Source of the DNA: Spirochaetia bacterium
GTDB lineage: Bacteria > Spirochaetota > Spirochaetia > UBA9216
Assembly (NCBI GenBank): GCA_963677925.2
Contig: CAXXYH010000003.1
Coordinates: 1,088,001 to 1,152,000 of the forward strand
Length of the DNA: 64,000 bases
Direction: 5' to 3'
Shown: piece by piece, positions 1-9,400 of the stretch
Layout: every line of letters starts with the position of its first letter
Position numbering within the stretch: the first letter of the stretch is position 1
Program-made: the position numbers and the translations under genes
Notes under the pieces: model-generated
What the model was told of the DNA's origin: nothing
Seen by the model: the letters and a program-made list of their open reading frames with translations, nothing else
The model's database searches: none

Positions 1-506
1 TTGATTATGTTGATGTTTGAAGCTTTTTCAGCCTCATTGGCAGCATAGTAGGCGTACCCGGCCGGCTCAATCTCAAGGATGAATACTGTATCTCCGCGGA
101 GCACCATATTGCCGAACCTGACTTTGTTGATCAGCTGTGCATGGTGATCGCTTATGTTCTTAATCAGCTGGCTTGTGAGAATCTTCGGCTTAAGCCGATC
201 TTCCTCTTTAAGATTAAGAGCTTCAAGAATTGCAGCGCCTGCCTGTCTTGCATCGCCCTGGCTGTCAGAATGAACCTCGAGTAGACCGAAAGACCTTTCT
301 ACCACCTGAATACCCGGAGTTACACCGGTAGCCTTTAATGCGATGTCGGTAAGCCTGTTGATCTCTATACCGGGTGCAATCTCTACAATTGCACAGGCCT
401 GTCCGCCCACCGGAAAATAACCTCTTGATACAGTACACATGTAAGAGGCCATCTGCAGCTGCAGTGAATCTATAAAGTTAAATGTCCTCAGTTCTATATT
501 CTGCAT
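1..506 (-). CDS. BMC-T shell protein, CcmP/CsoS1D-like (BMC-Tdp); 3' end runs off the window
   Basis: Absent from the ORF track. Manual translation from ATG 506 gives MQNIELRTFNFIDSLQLQMASYM...VEIAPGIEINRLTDIALKAT...QVVERSFGLLEVH...EIEPAGYAYYAANEAEK. The LRT.IDSLQ, VVER.FGLLE and PAGYA..AANEAEK motifs typify stacked BMC trimers. The ATG overlaps the upstream TAA (TAATG). Confidence 0.9.
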   Translation of the reverse strand, partial: MQNIELRTFNFIDSLQLQMASYMCTVSRGYFPVGGQACAIVEIAPGIEINRLTDIALKATGVTPGIQVVERSFGLLEVHSDSQGDARQAGAAILEALNLKEEDRLKPKILTSQLIKNISDHHAQLINKVRFGNMVLRGDTVFILEIEPAGYAYYAANEAEKASNINII

Positions 507-805
507 TACTTGGCTCCTGATTCACTCAGGGGGAGTTTGCTGTCTACGGATGCATCAGGTCTTGGAATAATATGTACGGATACAACTTCTCCAACCCTTT
601 CAGCAGCCTTGCTGCCTGCATCAAGCGCTGCTCTTACAGCCGCAACATCTCCTCTGATTATTGCTGTAACATAACCGCCGCCGGTTTCCTCGTGGCCCTT
701 AAGCTCTACTTTAGCAGCCTTTACCATAGCATCCGCAGCTTCTACCATTGCGGCGAAGCCCCTGGTTTCTATCATGCCCAGAGCGTTTTCTTTGTTATCA
801 GTCAT
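506..805 (-). CDS. BMC-H hexameric shell protein (PduA/EutM/CcmK family)
   Basis: ALGMIETRG...EAADAMVKAAKV...RGDVAAVRAA...HIIPRP, canonical BMC domain; GGAGG RBS. Confidence 0.96.
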   Translation of the reverse strand: MTDNKENALGMIETRGFAAMVEAADAMVKAAKVELKGHEETGGGYVTAIIRGDVAAVRAALDAGSKAAERVGEVVSVHIIPRPDASVDSKLPLSESGAK

Positions 806-851
806 CTTTCCTCCAGAAAATAAATTTCTTTTTATTTATGCATTCACGGAA

Positions 852-1607
852 TTAATCCATGTAATAGCCGCCGTTGATATTAACTGTCTCTCCGTTTATA
901 AAGGATGATTCGTCTGAAGACAGGAACATCATCAGATTAGACATATCCTTAATTGTACCGAGTCTCTTAACCGGAATTTTATCAGCCATAGACTGCTTTT
1001 TCTCATCATCCCAGTATTCCATCATTTTAGTCATTACAGCGTGGGGAGCGATTGCATTGCAGGTTACACCAAAGGGTCCAAGCTGTCTGGCAACAGACCG
1101 GGTAATGGTAATTACAGCGCCCTTGGATGCTCCATAAACGAAAGTAGTGCTGTTGTCACCGTTTTTGCCGGTGATTGAAGCCACATTTACAATTTTGCCA
1201 TATTTCTGTTTTTTCATGATCGGTGTTACAGCACGTATGGCATAAAGTACACCTTTAATATTAATGTCTATAGTCGCGTCGATCAAATCATTTGATGTAT
1301 CTTCAATTGTTGCAGATTTCAGCAGACCGGCATTGTTCACGAGTATATCCATACTTCCGAACTTAGCCACTGCATCATTTATACATGCCTTAACCGCTTC
1401 ATCATCAGAAACATCGCACACGGCTGACATATATTTTACACCCTTTTTCTCAAGTACGCCCCTAGTTTCTTCAAGAGCTTTTTCATCTATATCTGTAATT
1501 ACAACAATAGCTCCTTCATCAGCCATATCAAATGCAAGCTGCTGCCCCATACCCTGTCCGGCACCGGTTATAAATGCAACTCTGCCGGTAAATCTGTCTT
1601 CTCTCAT
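852..1607 (-). CDS. SDR family NAD(P)-dependent oxidoreductase
   Basis: TGAGQGMG, NNAG, catalytic YGASK. Start moved to ATG 1607 (MREDRF), which follows a GGAGGA RBS. Confidence 0.92.
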   Translation of the reverse strand: MREDRFTGRVAFITGAGQGMGQQLAFDMADEGAIVVITDIDEKALEETRGVLEKKGVKYMSAVCDVSDDEAVKACINDAVAKFGSMDILVNNAGLLKSATIEDTSNDLIDATIDINIKGVLYAIRAVTPIMKKQKYGKIVNVASITGKNGDNSTTFVYGASKGAVITITRSVARQLGPFGVTCNAIAPHAVMTKMMEYWDDEKKQSMADKIPVKRLGTIKDMSNLMMFLSSDESSFINGETVNINGGYYMD

Positions 1608-1668
1608 ATTTCCTCCGCTAAGAATGTATAAAAAGATAATTTCAAATATTTTATTTAACAGTAGCAAC

Positions 1669-1698
1669 ATTCTAATGTTATTTTTGCAACATTGTCAA
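1669..1698 (-). promoter_or_regulatory. Sigma70-type promoter of the SDR-BMC operon, with a palindromic operator filling the spacer
   Basis: Minus strand: TTGACA (1698-1693), 18 bp, TAGAAT (1674-1669). The spacer is ATGTTGCAAAAATAACAT (ATGTT-N8-AACAT). Confidence 0.7.
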
Positions 1699-1842
1699 TC
1701 AATTTTTATAACATTTGTTGTGCATAATTTATATATACTACATTTTGCTATCTATTTACATCTTTTTATGATAGCTTAAAATAAAGAGACAGGATAATAA
1801 TGAACTCATCATAACATTTATAACAATAGTAACATTTTTATA

Positions 1843-1870
1843 TTGACAGAACGCAGCTTAGATGTATTAA
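1843..1870 (+). promoter_or_regulatory. Putative sigma70 promoter of the DeoR gene
   Basis: TTGACA-16 bp-TATTAA upstream of ATG 1903. Confidence 0.45.
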
Positions 1871-1902
1871 ATATATCATAAGAATTTACCAAGCAAGGAA
1901 TT

Positions 1903-2697
1903 ATGGATAAAAAAGAACAGAGGCTAAATTATATCATTGAGCACCTGAAAAAAAATAATGCGGCCAGCATCAGAGAACTATCCGAATTATGCAATGTTAC
2001 AATGATGACAATTCGCCGCGATCTGGAAATTCTGAAAGAACGGAACATAATCAAGTTTTTTCATGGCGGAGCCGTTTATAACCCGGATTACAAAGAAAAC
2101 CCAGAGCAGCATATAGACTATCTAATACAAAAACAGAAGATGCTGCACAAAGAGGAAAAGCTTGCTATCGCGAAATCAGCCGCAGCTCTTATTTCCGAAA
2201 ATGAAACAATCATGCTGGACAGCGGCACCACAATCTTTTATTTGAGTAAAGAGATTCCAAATGAATTCAGCTTAACCACAATCTGCTGGTCTTTAAATAT
2301 AATTGAAGTTCTTACTAAAAAACAAAAATGCAACATGATTGCAAGCGGAGGTATTTACCACCACGAGACCCAGATGTTTGAAAGTCTCCAGGGTCTTGAT
2401 TTGGTAAAAAATACACGAGCCTCAAAAGCCTTTATTTCCGCCGGCGGCGTACACAAAGATCTTGGTGTAACATGCCCCTTCCCCTATGAAGCAGAAACAA
2501 AAAGAGCGGCAATAAAATCGAGTATGACAAACATTCTTCTTGTTGACTCATCAAAGTTCAATAAGGTCTGTACAGGACATTTAGGTGATATAACTGATTT
2601 CGACATCGTCATCACAGATCATAATATATCGGATGAATACAGAGAGTTCCTCTTAGAAAAAGGAGTCTCTCTGATTATTGCCGAAGATCCTAAATAG
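1903..2697 (+). CDS. DeoR/GlpR family transcriptional regulator
   Basis: N-terminal HTH with TIRRDL; sensor-domain motifs DSGTT and LLVDSSKF. Confidence 0.95.
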   Translation: MDKKEQRLNYIIEHLKKNNAASIRELSELCNVTMMTIRRDLEILKERNIIKFFHGGAVYNPDYKENPEQHIDYLIQKQKMLHKEEKLAIAKSAAALISENETIMLDSGTTIFYLSKEIPNEFSLTTICWSLNIIEVLTKKQKCNMIASGGIYHHETQMFESLQGLDLVKNTRASKAFISAGGVHKDLGVTCPFPYEAETKRAAIKSSMTNILLVDSSKFNKVCTGHLGDITDFDIVITDHNISDEYREFLLEKGVSLIIAEDPK

Positions 2698-4360
2698 AAC
2701 GAATCGAATTCCGTATATCAATTAATTCCTTCATAACACCGGACAAATCCTGCTGCTGGCCGCTGATTCCGAATGAGTCATGAAGCATCAGATACAGCCT
2801 GTATAACTTATTATAAACTTCAACATTCCGCTCAATCGGTTTATATACCATCGCTGAGACATCTGTCATCTTTTCAATAGCACTTACAAAATCCGGATAT
2901 GCACCTGCAACCACGGCCGCAGCAATTGCCCCGCCTAATGCACAGGTCTCTTCATTTTTCGAGATATAAATATCGGAATTAAAAACATCTGAATAGATCT
3001 GCATCAATAACGGGGATTTTCTGGGGACACCTCCGCATACAATAATTTTACTTACAGCAACACCGTTTTCAACCATGCGTTCCTGAATAACTCTTGCACC
3101 GAATGCAGTAGCCTCTATAAGTGCCCGGTAAATTTCAGCTGCAGTAGAATGAAGAGTCAAACCCAGAATCAGGCCAGTCAGGCGTTGATCAATAAGCACC
3201 GTTCTGTTTCCGTTATGCCAGTCAAGAGAAAGCAGACCGCTCTCGCCCGGTTTAAGCTGCTCCGCCTCAAGCATTAGCTCACTCTGTTTCCTGCCAGAAG
3301 GTGCTATGTATTTTTCAAACCAGTTAAAGATGTCTCCCACACCGGACTGACCGGCTTCAATTCCGAAAAATCCGGGAATTATCGAGTCTTTGACAATACC
3401 GGCCATACCTTTTATATTTTCACTTCCGGAAGTAACTGTTAAATCACAGGTCGAAGTGCCTATAGTTTTCACAAGTGTACCTGGCTTTACACCGCCGCCG
3501 ATACCTCCGAAGTGAGCATCAAAGGCCGGCATTGAGAGAGGAATTCCGGAAGGCAGTCCCGTCTTTGAAGCCCATTCACTGCTCAGCAAACCGGCGCTCT
3601 GACCGGAATCCTTAACCTCGGATCCATTCAGCGTTTCAAGCAGACGCAGAAGCTCAGGGTTAAGACTTTCAATAAATTTCTTATCCGGATACCCGCCCCA
3701 GGCCGTGTTGTACAGGGCTTTATGCCCGGCCGCACATATTCCCCTGGGAATAGAGGACATATCAGTAAGGCCGCAAAGCTTTGCAACAAGCCAGTCTGAA
3801 ACCTCCACCCAGGTAAAAGCTGCATCATATACCCGCTTATCTGTATTCAGACAGTGAAGTACTTTTGACCAGAACCATTCTGATGAATAACGGCCGCCTA
3901 CCATTTCCAGATATTCCGGATATAGTTCCTGACCGGTTTGAGTTATATACTCAGCCTCCTCCAGCGCACTATGATCCTTCCACAGCCAGATATGTGCAGA
4001 AAGATTGTTCCGGAATTCATCAAGATCTACAAGGGGAGTTCCGTCCTTAAGTACAGGCAGCAGGGTCGTACCGGTGGTATCAACACCCATAGCTATAACA
4101 TTCTGCGAAATTCCCGGACTTACCTCTGAGGCTTTAATTAGGGCAGTCCTGACTGTTTCCTCAATACCCCGGATATAATCAACAGGATGCTGCCTTGCAA
4201 CAAGCGGATCCCGCGTATCAGAAATACAGCCCTCACATCCTTCTATCCCCTCTTTATACTGATATACTGCAGAACTTATCTCATTGCCGTCGCTTACACG
4301 TACCACAACCGAACGAACAGAAGCAGTACCGAAATCAACACCGATCGTATATTTTTCCAC
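2690..4360 (-). CDS. FGGY carbohydrate kinase, ribulokinase (AraB)-like
   Basis: IGVDFGT, GVDTTGTT, LWKDH, YSSEWFW, GTSTC, EAGQS, DWHNGNR, EATAFG. Confidence 0.93.
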   Translation of the reverse strand: MEKYTIGVDFGTASVRSVVVRVSDGNEISSAVYQYKEGIEGCEGCISDTRDPLVARQHPVDYIRGIEETVRTALIKASEVSPGISQNVIAMGVDTTGTTLLPVLKDGTPLVDLDEFRNNLSAHIWLWKDHSALEEAEYITQTGQELYPEYLEMVGGRYSSEWFWSKVLHCLNTDKRVYDAAFTWVEVSDWLVAKLCGLTDMSSIPRGICAAGHKALYNTAWGGYPDKKFIESLNPELLRLLETLNGSEVKDSGQSAGLLSSEWASKTGLPSGIPLSMPAFDAHFGGIGGGVKPGTLVKTIGTSTCDLTVTSGSENIKGMAGIVKDSIIPGFFGIEAGQSGVGDIFNWFEKYIAPSGRKQSELMLEAEQLKPGESGLLSLDWHNGNRTVLIDQRLTGLILGLTLHSTAAEIYRALIEATAFGARVIQERMVENGVAVSKIIVCGGVPRKSPLLMQIYSDVFNSDIYISKNEETCALGGAIAAAVVAGAYPDFVSAIEKMTDVSAMVYKPIERNVEVYNKLYRLYLMLHDSFGISGQQQDLSGVMKELIDIRNSIRSI

Positions 4361-4372
4361 ATGACGCCCCTT

Positions 4373-5422
4373 CTATAAAACCTGCGGATTACCAACCATC
4401 CTCGGCCTTCCCCCGCCTAGATAGGTGAGCAGTTCACCTCTCATTATATTCGGAGCATTCCAGTAGGAAGCCCTTGTGTCACCCGCTCTGTGATTTGAGA
4501 GAGTAAGATTATCAAGCTTCACAAGCGGACTGTCTGCAGGAAGTGGTTCCTGTTCAAAGACATCCATTGCCGCCCCCTGAATTTGTTTTGATTCAAGCGC
4601 GGATATCAAAGCCTGGGTATTCACAAGTCCCGCCCGTGCAGAATTAATAAGATATGCTGATGATTTCATCATTTCGAACTGCGGAGCATCGATCAGTTTT
4701 GAAGTCTCAGGAGTCAGTCTAACATGCAGAGAAATAATATCTGCTTCTTTCAGGAGTTCTTCGAATTTGACAGGAATGCAGCCCCTGGCTTTAACAGCAT
4801 CATCGGGAACGAAGGGATCACTTACCATTATTCTGCAGTCGAATGATTTAAGTTTATCCGCAAGCAGCTGTCCATTCTGTCCAAATCCCACAAGCCCTAC
4901 CGTCAATTCATTCAACTCGGGGATATATGCCGAATTCGGATAAAATTCCCTCCATTCACCGGTCTTAAGCGCATAATGAGACCTGGCAATATTTCGGGTC
5001 TCTGAAAGTATAAGCCCTACTGTATATTCTGCCACTGCCATTGCGTTATGATTAGGCGTATGAATAACAGGAATACCCCGCTTTGTAGCTTCCTCCATGT
5101 CAATATTTTCAAGGCCTCCTCTGGCGGAAAGAATGACCTTCAGATTTTCAGCACTGTCGAGAATTTCTTTATTAATAGGACATATATTTACAGCAACAAA
5201 TTCAACATCCTTAATCAGTTCCGGCAGTTCATCAGGAAACGGAACTCCGGAGGGACCATGCTCCTCAAGCAGTCTGTATACATTTCTAATCTCTGCACGA
5301 TCATTACAGGGAAAATCAAGCATTTTAAAACTCTGGACATCTTTTTCAATATTATCGCCGATAAATACCTTTTTCAGTATTTCCGTAGGCAGGAGATAAT
5401 CTCCAACAACCAATCCTTTCAT
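4373..5422 (-). CDS. D-isomer-specific 2-hydroxyacid dehydrogenase
   Basis: GLVGFGQNG Rossmann motif; INSARA (Arg), DVFEQEP (Glu), NHRAG (His). ATG 5422 follows GGAAGGAG; the track starts at 5428. Confidence 0.9.
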   Translation of the reverse strand: MKGLVVGDYLLPTEILKKVFIGDNIEKDVQSFKMLDFPCNDRAEIRNVYRLLEEHGPSGVPFPDELPELIKDVEFVAVNICPINKEILDSAENLKVILSARGGLENIDMEEATKRGIPVIHTPNHNAMAVAEYTVGLILSETRNIARSHYALKTGEWREFYPNSAYIPELNELTVGLVGFGQNGQLLADKLKSFDCRIMVSDPFVPDDAVKARGCIPVKFEELLKEADIISLHVRLTPETSKLIDAPQFEMMKSSAYLINSARAGLVNTQALISALESKQIQGAAMDVFEQEPLPADSPLVKLDNLTLSNHRAGDTRASYWNAPNIMRGELLTYLGGGRPRMVGNPQVL

Positions 5423-5424
5423 AA

Positions 5425-6627
5425 TCAACTCCTTCCTTTAATTAACTTGTATGCCTCATCAAGGGGTATGCCATCCTGAGGAATATACTTTCGCCAGTAA
5501 GCTACAGTATCCTTCAGATGCTGAAGTGCATCCTGAGGATATTGAACATTAGATATAAAGATCTCAAATGCAAGTAAAATTTCATCAGTCGGTTCCGGCA
5601 TTCCGGCCTCGCCGGTCTTTTCGCAGGCCTTCATCAGAGATTCAATCATCCTCTCACCTATAATTATGCCTTCTTTATTTGTTTCATCAGTAAAGGGCGC
5701 ATGTGATGATTTCACACCGTCAGTCTGCTGCATGTGAACTATAGGTGAATAGGCTCCAAGTTCTTCTATCCACAAGTAAGGATCACTTTCAGCCCCGTCA
5801 GCAAACATATAACTGTACTTATCAAGCAGCGAGAGCATATCCCTGATGAAATTATCATCGGTATTCCGGCCTGACTGTATATACTCCCTGATTCTGGTAT
5901 ACACAGGCTCCGGCCCCAGCCAATAGTCGAAAGCCATTCGGCCTTCCCTAGCTTTATCCAGAGCATACTTAATCATTTCCGGATCCGGCTTAGTGAATTT
6001 CCTCTGCCCTACCATATGCCCTACATCGAGAGCTATGTAAAAAGGCCTTCCTGACTTTTTATATACATCAGATATTAATTTTTTTGATTCAGCGATTCTC
6101 CACGGATGCTGATATGGCGCATACATCTGCTCACAGCACAATTTTACTCCTGAGTGAGCAGCAGCATATTCAGATAATTCCGCATACTCTTTAACAACAG
6201 TATCAACGGCAGCTTTATATTTATCACTGTCATTTAAATCTTCCTCCTGAAATGCATGGAAGGAAAATCCGATTGACGCTGAGTTCAGCTCTTCAGCATG
6301 ATCAATTAAAGGCTTAAACCACTCATCTTTAATTTTATTCCGAATTCTTGGATCAGGATGTGCCAAACCTGCTGTCCTGTAGGTTTGATAACCGGTGAAG
6401 AAGCTTTTAACCTGCATCCCGTACAAAGATTCATACTTCTTAACTTCTCTTACCCAATCTTTCCTATAATCCTCAGGACAAAAGAGGGGATCAATTTCAT
6501 TATCGGTACTCGCTTCTATCACAGAGGCTCCTAAATCTTTAATAACCCTCATCCACTGCTCAGGAGTAATCCATCGCTTAATGGCAAAACAGTTATCCAT
6601 TGACAGATAAAGTTTCGGATACTTCAT
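5425..6627 (-). CDS. TIM-barrel sugar-phosphate epimerase, EryC (erythrulose-1-phosphate 3-epimerase)-like
   Basis: HPDPRIR..WFK, CEQM, LDVGH, DPYLW...SPIVHMQQ...HAPFT..N..G.I and FE metal-ligand motifs match the EryC/AP-endonuclease-2 family as I recall it. ATG 6627 follows GAGGT. Confidence 0.75.
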   Translation of the reverse strand: MKYPKLYLSMDNCFAIKRWITPEQWMRVIKDLGASVIEASTDNEIDPLFCPEDYRKDWVREVKKYESLYGMQVKSFFTGYQTYRTAGLAHPDPRIRNKIKDEWFKPLIDHAEELNSASIGFSFHAFQEEDLNDSDKYKAAVDTVVKEYAELSEYAAAHSGVKLCCEQMYAPYQHPWRIAESKKLISDVYKKSGRPFYIALDVGHMVGQRKFTKPDPEMIKYALDKAREGRMAFDYWLGPEPVYTRIREYIQSGRNTDDNFIRDMLSLLDKYSYMFADGAESDPYLWIEELGAYSPIVHMQQTDGVKSSHAPFTDETNKEGIIIGERMIESLMKACEKTGEAGMPEPTDEILLAFEIFISNVQYPQDALQHLKDTVAYWRKYIPQDGIPLDEAYKLIKGRS

Positions 6628-6664
6628 AAATGACCTCAATTTATTATGTTTCTTTTGTATCATA

Positions 6665-6694
6665 ACTTTATATATATTTACCACTTTCTGTCAA
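6665..6694 (-). promoter_or_regulatory. Putative sigma70 promoter of the epimerase-dehydrogenase-kinase operon
   Basis: Minus strand TTGACA (6694-6689), then TATAAA or TAAAGT at 16 or 18 bp. Confidence 0.45.
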
Positions 6695-6735
6695 TAGAAT
6701 GTTTTTTTTCTAAATTTTATTTCTATATTTTTTTC

Positions 6736-6786
6736 TTGACAATACATATTTCCCATTTTAATCTATTTATGTTGCTAATATAACAT
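6736..6786 (+). promoter_or_regulatory. Sigma70 promoter plus operator for the Zn-ADH/ABC operon
   Basis: TTGACA (6736)-17 bp-TAATCT. The operator ATGTTGCTAATATAACAT at 6769-6786 is 16/18 identical to the 1675-1692 site. Confidence 0.68.
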
Positions 6787-6820
6787 TTTACTTGATAAAC
6801 CTTACATAACGGAGACCACA

Positions 6821-7864
6821 ATGCTTGCATATGTATATGACGGAGAAAAAAACCTGCACTTGAAAGAAGTTGAAAAGCCTTCGGCAAAAAAGAAAAGTGC
6901 TGTAATAAAAGTTGATGCAACATCTATCTGCGGGACAGATTTAAGAGCATACAGATTCGGTTCTACAAAAATAAACTCAGGTTCAATCATGGGGCATGAA
7001 TCTGTAGGCACAATTATTGAAATAGGCAGTGAAGTTTCAAATTTTAAAGTTGGAGATCGGGTACAGATAGCGCCTGCAATCGGATGCGGTCAATGTCACT
7101 ACTGCAAAAAAGGTTTCACAAACCTCTGTGACAGCTTAAAAACCATAGGATTTAACTTTGACGGAACTTTTGCTGAATACATGGAAATTCCGGCAGAGGC
7201 TTTTGAACAGGATCATGTTACAAAGGTACCTGAGGGACTGCCTTCAGAGCAGGCGGTGCTGGCTGAACCTATAGCCTGTGTGGCTAATGCGCAGGAATAT
7301 CTCGATATCAAGGAAGGAGATATTGTACTTGTAATAGGCTCCGGATTTATAGGCTCCATGCATGCAGATCTTGCCTTCAGCAAGGGGGCGGCAAGAGTTT
7401 TCATGTCTGAACTCAATGATCACCGTATAAAGATGGCGAAAAAGTTCCTGCCCAGACTGGAAATGATCGATTCTTCTAAAGAAGACTTAAAAACAGCCGT
7501 TATGGACAAAACATCCGGAAGAGGTGTTGATGTAGTTATAGTGGCCTGCTCTGTTGGACCGGCACAAACCGATGCTATGAACGTTGTGGCCAAAAGGGGA
7601 AGAGTCAGTCTTTTCGGGGGGCTGCCGAAAGAAACAACGGGCTTCATTGACAGCAATATAATTCACTACAAGGAAGTCTCTGTATATGGAGCACATGCAT
7701 CAACTGTAAAACAAAACAGAGAAATGCTGAATCTTATTGCCAACGGTACATTGAATGTAAAACCTTTCATTGAGAAGACATTCCCCCTCAGAGAAATAGA
7801 AAATGCTTTCAAAGCACTTAATGATGAGAGTATAGTTAAGGCAGTTTTAAAACCAGGAGAGTGA
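6821..7864 (+). CDS. Zn-dependent (MDR) polyol dehydrogenase
   Basis: ICGTD, GHE, structural Zn motif CGQCHYC-x7-C, GSGFIG. Confidence 0.93.
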   Translation: MLAYVYDGEKNLHLKEVEKPSAKKKSAVIKVDATSICGTDLRAYRFGSTKINSGSIMGHESVGTIIEIGSEVSNFKVGDRVQIAPAIGCGQCHYCKKGFTNLCDSLKTIGFNFDGTFAEYMEIPAEAFEQDHVTKVPEGLPSEQAVLAEPIACVANAQEYLDIKEGDIVLVIGSGFIGSMHADLAFSKGAARVFMSELNDHRIKMAKKFLPRLEMIDSSKEDLKTAVMDKTSGRGVDVVIVACSVGPAQTDAMNVVAKRGRVSLFGGLPKETTGFIDSNIIHYKEVSVYGAHASTVKQNREMLNLIANGTLNVKPFIEKTFPLREIENAFKALNDESIVKAVLKPGE

Positions 7865-7874
7865 ATTAACAGTT

Positions 7875-9374
7875 ATGGAGCATAAAGTCCTTGAGATGAG
7901 AGACATCTATAAAAGCTACTCATTTGTCAGTGTTTTAAGAGATGTTTCCTTCTCATTAAATGAAGGTGAAATTTTAGGTTTGGTCGGTGAAAATGGTGCG
8001 GGAAAGTCAACATTAATGAAGATACTCTCAGGCGGCACACAGCCTGATTCAGGAACCGTTATTATTGATGGAAATGAAGTTGAAATAGACAGTCCTATTA
8101 CTGCAAAACAGCATCGTATTGCTATGGTACAACAGGAATTGAGTCTGATATCCTCGCTTACCGTTACTGATAATATCGTACTTGGTACAGAATATAAGCG
8201 GCCATTTTTCAAATTTCTTGATTATGAGAAGAATAAAAAATATGCTCAGGCAGCTCTGGATACAGTGAAGCTTTCAGTACCGCTCAATGCCAGAATCAGC
8301 AGCCTTAAAGTTGCAAATCAGCAAATGATTGAGATAGCAAGAAATATCATCAGAGAACCCAGAGTTCTGATTCTTGATGAGCCTACAACAGCTCTGACAA
8401 TTATTGAAACTGAAGCCCTTCTAAACCAGCTTCTGGAACTTAAAGCCAAGGGAATATCGATAATTTTCATATCTCATAAACTTGAAGAAGTAATAAAGAT
8501 TTCCGACCGGATTATGATAATGCGTGATGGTGAGAAAGTCAGCGAACTGAAAAAAAATGAAGCAAGCAGAGATATTCTTATCAGACATATGGTTGGAGAT
8601 AAAGAGTTTTTTGTAAAATCTGCGAGTCGCTCAGATGAAGCCAGAAAGGATAACATTGTTTTTGAAGTTAAAGATTTCAATAAAGAAGGAGTTTTTAAAA
8701 ATATATCCTTCGCTCTTAATGAGGGAGAAATTCTGGGCTTTTTCGGATTAAAAGGCGCAGGAAGAAGCGAGACCTTTCACTCTATATTCGGAATTGACGC
8801 AAAGGATTCAGGAGAAGTTCTGATAGAAAAAGAAACCAGAAACTTTCGGAACCCTACTGATGCGATAAACGCCGGAATGGGTCTGGTAAGTGAAGATCGT
8901 AAATTTAACGGGATATTTCCGGATATGGATATAAAAAACAATATTCTGCTTTCTGATATGAAATCGGTATCAACAAAAGCCGGTTTTATCAGAACAATCC
9001 ATATGAGCAGAATAGCCAAAGAATTAATTAAAAGACTTGGAATAAAAACAACCAGCACTGAACAGCATATAAAACGGCTCAGCGGAGGAAATCAGCAGAA
9101 GGTCATGATTTCAAGATGGCTGCATACTAACAGCAAAATTCTAGTTCTGGACGAACCTACGAAAGGAGTAGATGTCGGAGCCAAACAGGATATATACAAA
9201 CAGATACGCAGCTTCTCGGAAGAAGGAAAAGGAGTCGTGGTCATTTCCTCGGAGCTGGAAGAAGTTATGCTGCTCAGTAATAGAATTGCTGTTATGAGGA
9301 GCGGGGAGATTCAGGCAATATTGAGCGGTTCGGATATAAATGCAAAAACCATAATGCATTATGCTGCCGGCTGA
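7875..9374 (+). CDS. Sugar ABC transporter ATP-binding protein (RbsA/MglA type, two NBDs)
   Basis: GENGAGKST, LDEPT twice, LSGGNQQK. Confidence 0.96.
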   Translation: MEHKVLEMRDIYKSYSFVSVLRDVSFSLNEGEILGLVGENGAGKSTLMKILSGGTQPDSGTVIIDGNEVEIDSPITAKQHRIAMVQQELSLISSLTVTDNIVLGTEYKRPFFKFLDYEKNKKYAQAALDTVKLSVPLNARISSLKVANQQMIEIARNIIREPRVLILDEPTTALTIIETEALLNQLLELKAKGISIIFISHKLEEVIKISDRIMIMRDGEKVSELKKNEASRDILIRHMVGDKEFFVKSASRSDEARKDNIVFEVKDFNKEGVFKNISFALNEGEILGFFGLKGAGRSETFHSIFGIDAKDSGEVLIEKETRNFRNPTDAINAGMGLVSEDRKFNGIFPDMDIKNNILLSDMKSVSTKAGFIRTIHMSRIAKELIKRLGIKTTSTEQHIKRLSGGNQQKVMISRWLHTNSKILVLDEPTKGVDVGAKQDIYKQIRSFSEEGKGVVVISSELEEVMLLSNRIAVMRSGEIQAILSGSDINAKTIMHYAAG

Positions 9375-9400
9375 TTGGTTTTAGAAAGGAGATACTGACT

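Noticed and set aside
2690-4360. Call as araB of a standard L-arabinose operon
   Set aside because: No araA or araD nearby; the neighbours point to a polyol pathway, so no symbol was assigned.
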